Assembly (NCBI GenBank): GCA_009602735.1
Contig: WELA01003305.1
Location: forward strand, 666,233 to 730,232
Direction: 5' to 3'
DNA length: 64,000 nucleotides
Origin: Mesotaenium endlicherianum
Taxonomy: Eukaryota
Below the pieces are notes generated by a model. That model made no database searches. It was not told the origin of the DNA and worked only from the letters and a program-made list of their open reading frames with translations. Below are positions 12,204-22,100 of this stretch, piece by piece (positions within the stretch are counted from its first letter, which is position 1; every line of letters begins with the position of its first letter). The position numbers and the translations under genes were made by a program.

Positions 12204-12250
12204 AATATATTTGAAAACATTAAAATATATGCAAACTAATGTATAATAAC

Positions 12251-14801
12251 TCAAATCACTACATCTACAAAGTGCTCCAGGAGGCGGTGGCACTCTCGAC
12301 CGATGAAGCTTGGCTTCGCTGCCCGATTTCTCTTCTCGCCTTTGATGAGGGCCTTCACCGCCTCCTTAGGTATCTTCGCCTTCACTTTATCTTTAAGAAT
12401 CTTGTAGAACTCATCTTCCTTCTTTTGTCCTGGTGATAGGAATGCATGGAGAGTTCTCTCGTACAAGGTTGCAGAGATCCGCAAGTTTAAATGCAAAATG
12501 CAAACAACGCAGTCATTGGGCGGGATGTTAAATAGAGGGGGCTTCTTGTGCCTCTGTCCTTGGTGCTGCAGCTGGTAGTCTATCCTCGCCTTCGTGCTCT
12601 CCTTTTCTGGCTTACCCCGTGTCGTCTTCATGATATCATTGTCCATGTGTGACTTGTGCTCAAAGTGCTTTGAGCAGTGGGGACAGGTCATGGGCAATTT
12701 GTCCATGTCAGGAGCATGTGCTGCAGCCTTCGTCCCCTCCAAGGTGCGGGAGACGCTCGCACCGCGCTGACACCTGTTGTGGATGTCCTTCGACGTCACG
12801 AGGCACCACAAACACGGGTACGTTGAGCTTGCCCCTGTCAGCCCGTACAAGCTATTACTGAATTTGTAGTCCCCACCTTGATACACTTTTACTCTAAATA
12901 GCCCACCCCCCACATGCAAGCCTGCCTGATTGACCTCCTCCAAGTCTTTGAGCAGCCTTGAAGACACAGCTTGTATGCTGTTGTAGTCGTTTTCGCCTTC
13001 AAAACACACGATTGTACAAGTTTCCTTGCTGAGTTTGTCATGCCCAAGCTATCTTTTGTAATGACTTTCACAGCGATGGTGGTCTGGTTCACTCCTCTAT
13101 GTAGGACAGCCGCATCTCCAATAACCTGTACCCTCAACTCGGCCTGGACGAAGCTCTAACTGTAGAATCCGTTGTCTCAGAACCTCATGCAATGACACGG
13201 TTACACTGAGTCCATCTGCACTCTCCTGGGGCTGAGATCTGCATATATTTTAGCTGCCAGCTTCTCTACCTTCCTCCTAGAAGCAATCTTGGGGAGACGA
13301 ATACTTGTGCCTTGTAAACACCTGGGCTCCCACAACCCTGTCTGTTGTGAGTAGGTCTTAGACAACATGTTCACAAGCATCTGATATTGCTCTTGGGAAA
13401 GTTTCAATCTGTACTTTATGGCCAATCTCAGCTTGTCATCCCACTGCTCTTGAATCTGCTTGACAGTGGCCTCCTCTACGCGCTCCTTTAAGTGCAATTC
13501 AGCCATGATTGCTTCTAGCATGTCCTTGTTGTCTGAAATGAATCGACTTACCAAATAGGCGATTAACAATTAATAAAGATCTTTATATCAGCAAGTAATT
13601 TTTATGGTATTTCCGTTGACTGGTTTAACGGCAAAGGACAACACGCTAGCAGAGAATAATACTCGTCAGTCAAATGAGAGTAAACTAGCATCAATAATGC
13701 AAATCAGTAAACTCATACATAAGCAAGGTTAGAAGACAGTGCGTATCATTGGCTTCTCGCCTTGGATTCAGATCTCTCTCAGTAAGCTGTACAAGAGAGT
13801 TGGTCTCGTTTCCGAATGCCGAACTCGAGAGCAATGCCTAGCATATGTACATGGAATGAGTTTACTGTTCAACGGTCAGTGCGATGGCACCGCCTACCCG
13901 GGAGTTAACCACGTTGGTAGGACCTCGGTTAACCAAATCCACCGCCATCTCCCATCATCCCGAATCGCCATCCATCATAGGGATGTCATCTGGCCATTCA
14001 TCTAGCATACCACACTTAGATGCATATCGAGGCAGTTCGCTGCTACCGAGTACGGAAGTCAGCTGGCTGTCAAAGAATGTGTCAGCAAGCTGACTTAAGG
14101 TGACCTCAGCCTGCTACTTCCGGCCAAGTCATTAAACTGATATTAAGTTTAAAGTCCAGCAGACTGATTGTTAACTAGAGTTTAGCAGGCTGAACTTATT
14201 TAACTATATTATTTAAATGAATATTATATCGACCAGTATACTGATTCATTACATTGTCAGGCTTGTTCAAGAAGGCGGTCAAGGACTTGGTCATGTTTGT
14301 CTCTAATACAAACTTGTCTCCCACGAAGTGCTTTAAGTCATTGCTCATTCTCTGCCACGTCTTTGCAGATTCTCCACCGACTCTACGCCTCTTTGCTGCA
14401 GAAGATACAGGTGCTGCTGTCAACACTTTCTGCTTCAGTTACCTGATCTCCCTCTTAGCAGCGCTTAGCTCATTCTTGATACCCACAAACTGGTGTGCAA
14501 TTTGCACTTCTCTATCTGCTGCTTTTCTTTTCAAGCTTCTATTCTCATTTGCAAACTTCAACATATCTGATTTATATCTCTCCACTTTGTTGTGTTTCCT
14601 TGTAGAAGTATGTATATGTGTACTGGCAGTAGTACTTGTTGTAGACGTCACCTTCTTCACAAATCTGCCACCTGCACCTCTAGGCATATCTGTGTTGCTT
14701 TGGGGTGTTGCCATGGTCATTCTATTGGGTTGATTCTTATGCTTTTTGGGTCTAGGCATTGGTGCAGGCTCATCCTGGGAGGGCTGTTCTACAAGTTCCA
14801 T
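12251..14801 (-). pseudogene. RAG1-core/Transib(-Chapaev)-like DDE transposase, decayed and 3'-truncated
   Basis: Colinear fragments: basic N-terminus (14801-14254, internal stop at 14439), LAIKYRLKLSQEQYQML, SVTVSLHEVLRQRI, LRVQVIGDAA (D at 13114-13116), NSAR..CFEGENDY, GGDYKF (D at 12869-12871), GLTGASSTYPCLWC, PPLFNIPPNDCVVCILHLNLRI, FIGRECHRLL. About three frameshifts between 13240 and 13010. Confidence 0.78.
13534..14253. mobile_element. Solo LTR (720 bp) inserted in the transposase
   Basis: TG...CA termini with 10/11-nt inverted repeat (TGAAATGAATC / GATTCATTACA) and perfect 5-bp target duplication TTGTC (13529-13533, 14254-14258). Removal restores the frame FLNKP-DNKDMLEAI. Confidence 0.88.
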
Positions 14802-14879
14802 CTTGAAAAAGACCTTCTGTATGAAAGTGTACAGAGTATAGGCGGATGGTAGGTAGGTAGGTGGTAAAAAATGGGCTTA

Positions 14880-16188
14880 GAAGATTTTTTTGGTAATTTT
14901 GTCTTTTTTTGTTTTTTAAATTATAAAAATTATTTTTTGTATTTTTTTATAAAATTATGTGAACATATAGACTTCATCTTTACCTACATACCAAAAATAT
15001 GGCACAGAATGAAATGCACATGAGAGTCTGTATACTGAAATGTCAAATTGTTTTACGCGTACATTCTATTAAACTTCAGAAAACCACTAAGGTCTCAAAA
15101 CACTTTCAAATTTCAAACTTAAGACTGTTATGCAATCCTCTTACATAGGAGAACAGTGATGCAAAGTTATAGGATGACACAATGCCAGGTTGCTAACTTA
15201 TGCCACTCAACACATGCTTCAAAAAATGTCAGCTTTCAAGAAGTACCCGACTTATCGCCTACTTTTGCATGAGCAACTCAGGGGCTCTATCTTGGGCTTT
15301 GGTGCTTAGAATGAGCTGTAACTTTCCCATTGAGACTATGGGGGGTTTCAGAATCTAGTAGAACCATTTTCAGATCCGTACTCCAAGTGTTTTTGCATTG
15401 ACGGACTGGCATGCTTCACGTGTGCGAGAAACTCCACATGTCACATTTTGGAGGCTCACAGCCTGGTGTAACTTGATGCAAACTGAATTTTTTTTGGATT
15501 CATGGTTATCCAGTTGGGTCCTTAATGCCTCCTAAAATTTTGGGGGGATTCAAGAAAGTGGAGTACAAGTTATGGCCATCTGTGTGAAGTGAAAGAATAG
15601 TGCAACATGTAATATTTTTCCAAATATCACAAACTTTTGCAGATTTTAGTTTGTGTGCATATCTTGGGTCTCACTAAATGGAATGACCCAAAACTTCACC
15701 AATAGCTCTATAGGGGCATGACAAATCCAAAAAACAATTTGCAGATCCATACTACAAGCATACCGCATTTTACGGACGGCCACTCTTCACATGTGTGAAA
15801 AGCGCCACATGGCAAACTTTGGAGGCCCATAACTTAAAGTGATTCCATAAAAATTAAAATATTTTTTATTTCATGGCTACCTAAGAGGGTCTTTAGTAAA
15901 ATATGGGGTCCATTAGGAACTTTTTGAACAACTGATGGTCATTTGTATGAAGCAGCAAGAATGAGAGAGTGACAATTTCCACTTTTGTCGACATATTCTT
16001 CAATTTCACTAAAAGTGTAATAACTTATGGAGAATATGCCAGCTGTGTCTGAAACTTTAGGGAGGTTTATATATGGGGGTTATCTACTAGTATCCCAATT
16101 TTCAGACTATTTCGACAAAACCGCCGCAAATGGCGCTAAAAAGTACCTAAGTGTCCAAAAAATGGGCATTTGGGCTGCATGTGGAGTG
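14880..16188 (-). mobile_element. Probable non-coding subterminal arm of the DNA transposon, with ~371-bp imperfect direct repeat
   Basis: AT-rich, no ORFs. Repeated blocks cagatccgtactccaag (15371) / cagatccatactacaag (15742) and cttcacgtgtg..ccacatg..tttggaggc (~15415 / ~15786). Candidate CAC terminus at 16188. Confidence 0.5.
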
Positions 16189-18422
16189 CAACTCTCACAA
16201 GCACACATTCTACTACTTTAGTTCTCATTTTCGCATTCTCAAGGATTGTCAAATTATTTAAAGATATTGTTATTTTTTTCCATTAAGTATTAAATGTTCC
16301 TTGAATATTGAACAAGATCCTCGAGAAAGCAAAAATATTACATGATAAATAAGTCGATTCATATCACTCCACGCGACGTGTTGCACGCGTCGTAACCAAC
16401 CACGTGGCAGGTCGCTACACTCCTCCCACATACAATTGTGCTTGTCAATTGGGCACTTTTGCCGCGGCAATGCGAGGGACATTGCTTCGAGATAATGTCC
16501 TTTCTTCATAAAATCCAAATATCACCATACGGTCGCACCATCGACCTGCCTCTCACCCTGAGCATCTGGTGCTCACTGGGGTTTAACCTTGGTCTTCTGG
16601 GCACGGTTGCGTACATACCATTGTAATGATTCAAACAAAAAGGCAACTTGAGATACTTTAATTGTGCGCCAATTGTACTTAAACAATGTAGACCAACACT
16701 TTTGGTCACATATGGTCGCTCAGCGTGATGTGTCGCACGCGCCGTAATCGTCCACGTGGCGGTTCGCTACATTGTGGTGCAATCGAGCTCATGCAGCAGC
16801 TCTCCAAGAAATTTGCCGTCGTGGTGAATCCATTGAGACGATTCTTTGTGTGGCAACCAGTGGGCCAATTTCGTCTTGGCAGTCCACATGATAACTTTCT
16901 AGGTGTCACACATGTCGTGGCCATTCTAGCTTGACTGCCGGTGGACCAAGTCCAGCGTTGCCGTCCACGTTGCCCATTCCAAGGTCGCATATTTGCCTTC
17001 ATACACGTTATCAACCCCGTGTCTGATTCCAAGCCATTTGAAGTTCAAGTCAACCTTAGGGCCAATTTACGGTGGCCATAGAAATGGCCCGCAGTTCGAC
17101 TTTGTGGTCGTAGTTGTACTCGCAAGAATTTGCAAGTATACTGGCCCTTGCATGATGGATGAACTCCAAACTGCGAGCGTTTACACAGTGGTATTTCCCA
17201 CTTTTCATATTCGAACACTGCGGATTATGAAGTCCAACTACAACCAACTTCTCAAACGAGAGGTAGGTCATTTAAGTTATCGAGAGAATGGTGGGATATG
17301 CAAAACAACAAGAAAAGAGCCCAAATACTGACAATTTTGGATCTGACATCCGCTGTATGTGTATAAGAACGTAGTGCCACTTGGAACAACAATAAAAGTT
17401 TTCTGGTCACTACAACTGCAATTCAAATATCGCCATTACAATTGCAAATTGTCGAGTTCTTCTACGAGTTGTAAAGTCGAAGTGCAAGATTACATTTTTA
17501 ACTACACTTTAGAAAAAAAAAACGCAACTGCGAGGACGCTTGGGGCCAACTTAATGCGAGTGGCCCATGGGGTGCTAACTGTCGCATTGATCCCAATAAT
17601 TTCGATCGCTTTTGCCAAAATTGCAAGTCGATTAGCCGAAATGCGTGTCTCATTGGAATTTTGCGCTATGTTCAATGCTTATGCAAGATACCGCAGACGA
17701 TTATTTTCTTTGCGCAGTGGCACTTGACGAAGGTGCCAAAAAATGCACTTCATTAATATCTTGTGCAATCTATGTGGCTGGCTATGTCGCAAGGATGCCT
17801 ATTAAAATGATTATTTCTCGTAGTGTAGTTAGACATTTTGATTGTCACCAAAAATTGTCAAGATTATATTTATTCGCACAAGAGCAAGAATATATAAAAA
17901 AAAATCGCCAACCAAAAATCCTCAACCAAGAAGTCCCTACAGATGAAAAGAGTTAGCAATTCATGGAGTGGCCACTGTAAACTGGCCCTTATTAGGTTGA
18001 CCTTGCTCGTACTTCTTGGGTCAAACTGGACTCCACTCCGTACTTTGGCTAGCCGCAACTCCCGCTGCGCTTCTTACCGACACTAACCTTCAACACCCTG
18101 TATCGAATCTATTCGGGCTATTCACTTCCGCAGGTTGCGCAAAGACAAACAAATAAAACTGGGTGTAGAGAGGTCCATAAAGAGGTGGAAAGTTATATTT
18201 GTACCTGCTTAATTGATACGTCAGCTCTCGACCGGCCCTTGTAAAGTGAATCTTCCGAGCCGGACCAGGATAGTCGGGATATATACTATATACTATAATG
18301 ACCACAATTCATTCAAATTGCCCAGATGGTGCCAAGACTACGTAAGCATCTGGCACATCAAGTCTCATCTCTCCTAAGCTTTGCAAGACGACGCCTTCGC
18401 GCAAGCTTGCGTGCCGGACGAG

Positions 18423-18545
18423 CACTTGAACTATGCTTGAACTGGCTTGAACTCGCTTGAACCAACTTGAACCGTGAGTCGTGACTCTTGAGTCGTGACA
18501 ACGAGATTTCCAAGCTTGTAAATGATGACTCGTGACTCGCGAGGA
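18423..18545. repeat. Short repeat array (CTTGAAC x5, then GAGTCGTGAC/GACTCGTGACTC units) upstream of the SFH gene
   Basis: Directly visible. Confidence 0.7.
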
Positions 18546-19119
18546 ATCAGATCGGGGGCTGTCCCGAGCTGGTAATCTAGAAGTCTATTACAATTTACGA
18601 GTGATTACGAGCGAGTTCGATCCTTGGTATATGAACTGTGTCGAAGTCGGACGAGCCATCGGGACGGGCCGTCCCTTTTGGTGCAACTGTTCCAGGAGTA
18701 AAACTGCAACTAGCCCCGGACCTAAATGCCAGGCCTAAATGCCTCTGGTCTGCTCTGGTCGGATCAACAGAGGTATATTGTAGCCCAGCTGTAGCCCACT
18801 TATCCACGTAACCGTTCGGCCTAGCAGAGAGTTGCCCTTGAATTCTGCTGCCAGGAACTTGCACATCTTCGGTAGGCCAACGCTCGTCATCATCCTGCTT
18901 CCTTCACTCAGCGATCAGCTATTCTTATTTTATGCACCCAAGGGTGGTCTTAGGCGCTCTGAGGCGCTTATAGGCGCTTCTAGCAAATACCTGAATAAGT
19001 GTGCATGCAAATGGGGGACTTTAGCATACTTGTCGTGACCGGCGTTCTGTACTGAGGGGTAGCTCCGCAGACTTGAGAGTCTGCATCGATTCTATTTCTG
19101 CATATTTTGCTCGAGCAAA

Positions 19120-22100
19120 ATGAGTTTCAGGGAGACAGTTGGTGATTTAGGTAGTTCGTCTTCCGTACCCGACGAACGGGAAAGAATGAAGAGGGAAAAA
19201 CGTAGAGAAAAGCTGGAGAGGAAGCTTAGCAATATTCAGATGGAGGAGGTGGAGACTCCTAGAGACGACGAAAACAGGAGGAAGACCAGGATGGGGGCTC
19301 TGAAGGCCATTATAGCAAGCAAGAAGTTTCGTACTAACATGAAAAAGAAACGTCATCGGAAACTTCTGGACAAGCTAGCAAGCATAGAGGACTACCGGTC
19401 TGAAGAAGAAATCCGGGCAGTGGAAGCCTTTCGTGAGGTCTTGCTAGCATCTAACAAACTTCCTAGTCGATACGATCATTATCACACACTTCTCCGGTGA
19501 GCAGTCAACTTTGTCACTATACTTTTACTGGATCATATGGTTTCAAATAAAGATACAGCCCCGAGCATTCGTCAAAAAGGCATTGCATATGGATGAAGGA
19601 AATACATGTGAGGTGTAGCCATGGATTCAAGTAATATACGTAATGCAGCCCACTAACAATGTTAATGCAGCTACATCTCGTTGCCGCGGTGGGTCAAGAG
19701 TATTCTAGGAAGCATGCGTAGGGGTCATGTCGTGTTGATCTTGTCCAGTATGTGAACCCTATATTAAGTTAAGCAGAGTCATTATGAGAATCAGGAACTT
19801 AAAGTGAGACAATGCTGGCCTTTTGGGATTTCGCTGCAGCTACCCGCTAATGGGTATGGTGCGCTGGGGGGCCATAACACTAGCAGCCGCTAGTGCTTAA
19901 GGCATTGACAAGCTTCGGGGTTGCCTGTTTTCGACAGGTTTTTGAAAGCGAGAAAGTTTGACACTGAGAAGACAAAACTTATGTGGTCAAACATGCTGAA
20001 ATGGAGGGAAGAGTTTGGAGCAGATGACATTGTGGAGGTAAGGAAATCTAAAATGCTGACATTAAAAGCGGCTGAAAACATTAAAAGTGGTGCCCAGCAG
20101 ATTCAAAACAATATTGTATGCTAGGAGTTAGGGTAACTTGTCATCTGGACTTGCTGCCTACGTTGAAGCTTGGAATTGTGGAGGGTAGCAATGTGAACCG
20201 CCTCGTGTGTTTGCTGTTCTGTACGTCCCAGCTCCAAGGTAAACTGTGAAGTGCGCACATCTTAGGCTCCTTCTTATGGCATCCATCTCTGCTGGCAAGC
20301 TCATCATTCAGGGCCATCAAATCTGAGATGTTGGATGCCCTCGTCCATGCCGGCAAGGGTTGGCTTGAGACGTTTTGCCTTTTCGTGGCGCAAGTGCTGG
20401 GGTATACTAGAGCATGCAGTGAAGCTGCTGGCAAGCCCTAACCTCTTCACCTTGTTCCCCCCCAATTCACTCATCCACGACTTCCTTTATTGGTCACTTG
20501 AGAAAGCCCTACCTATGCGACATTGACTCCTTCGCATAAGGATGTAACCTCCCACGACCAGGAGTAGTTGGTGAAGAGGTCATGGCCCTGGCTAGTTTCT
20601 GACCAAATCCAGGGAACCGTACGCTATGCTGATGGTGGTGGCAGTGTTGACCGCTGTTCCCTTATGGGACACCGCATTTTCTTGGGGCTGGTTGATGGCA
20701 GGCCTTTGACTTTCCTGAAGTTTCAGATGTGAAGCAGCATTACCCTCAGGGTCATCATGGGGTTGATCGAGATGGGAGGCCTGTCTACATAGAGCTTGTT
20801 GGTAGAGTGGATGCTTCGAAGGTTCTGAAATTTACCACTGTGGAGCGATACTGCAAGTTCCATGTCAAGGAGTTTGAACGCACGTTTGACCTAAAATTCC
20901 CCGCGTGTACCATAGCAGCAGGGAAGCACATTGACCAGACAACCACCATCATGGATTTATCTGAATTCGTGAGTCCTCATCGCGTGCCTCTGTCCAAACC
21001 GTCAGGTGTTGTCAGGTGAAGCATGATGATGCTTAGGCATGTAGGTGTTTGTGACAACAACGCAGTTGGAGGTTCTGTGCATGTTTGCCACGGGTTGCAA
21101 AAGGGTCCCAGATGCCAAGGCGAATCCAGTGTATGCCAAGGGTATGACGATGTGAGTTGGCATGGTTGGGGACCCCCCCACATATTTGATACAGTGATAT
21201 CAGTTTGTGGATAAGGAGACTGTCTTCTTCAAACCTACGAGGTGAATAGGAAGGGCTCCTTGCTGCAGGACGGTCGGCGGAGCATTGAGAGTACCAATCT
21301 GTCAGCCTGCCCATTGCCTTGTTCCCCTTCCATAGCTTCATAATCTCTGTTATGACTTCAGACAGGATCTTATGGTGAATCTCGTCATACCTTCTCTTTG
21401 CTACCTTTGGACACAGTGTTGCTGGTGCCCCAGGGTCCTGTCTCTCAAGGGCAGTGGTGTCGAGTGGGTGGAGGGTTGCAGTCGTTGACTAGCATGCATG
21501 GGGGGTGTGCATGACAGGGTCTGAAGAACTTCTCCCGGGATGCTAGGGAACTCATCGCAAGGATCTCGCAACTCGACAGCGACTATTACCCCGAGGTACG
21601 GTGCACCTGCGCATGCACCAGTGGCGTTCATGAACCTGGGCCTGGCCTGTCTGCATTCCTGAACCTACCGCTGAGGGCAATGTGCTGCACGACATGGCCG
21701 AAACAAGGAAGTGTGTTGAGGCGTCCCTTTGGGACGCATGGAGGCGCTCCTCTGGACGCACATAGGACGATCCTTTGGCTACACTGGACCATAACACATC
21801 AGGTCTTGCACATTATTTTTGATCACACTGTGTAAATGAGGGTCAGTAAGGCGTGTCTGCAAGTTGAGGCAGTGCAGACATAACCTGGGGAAAATTCTGC
21901 GTGATATAGGCTAGGGTGAAGTCGTTTGACATATATGCTGCTCCTTAGGCTGTAGCCTGCGCATGTGGGAATGGTCCGTGCATGCTCCCCCGTGTGTTAC
22001 AATCTTGACTGAAGATCCACATTTGCGCCCCTCATCTGGGAGAAGGTTGCATGTCAAGTCACGGGGGGGGAGGGTTGGTGGGCGGTTCGTGCACAAGGAT

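Noticed and set aside
17184..17212. Perfect RSS heptamer CACAGTG near the RAG-like transposase (also CACAATG on the minus strand at 16770-16776)
   Set aside because: No nonamer at 12 or 23 nt spacing, the first points away from the element, and no partner repeat; expected by chance.
16200..18900. Possible RAG2-like partner gene
   Set aside because: No Kelch/GG repeats or PHD pattern recognisable; the downstream side where RAG2L normally lies has been deleted.
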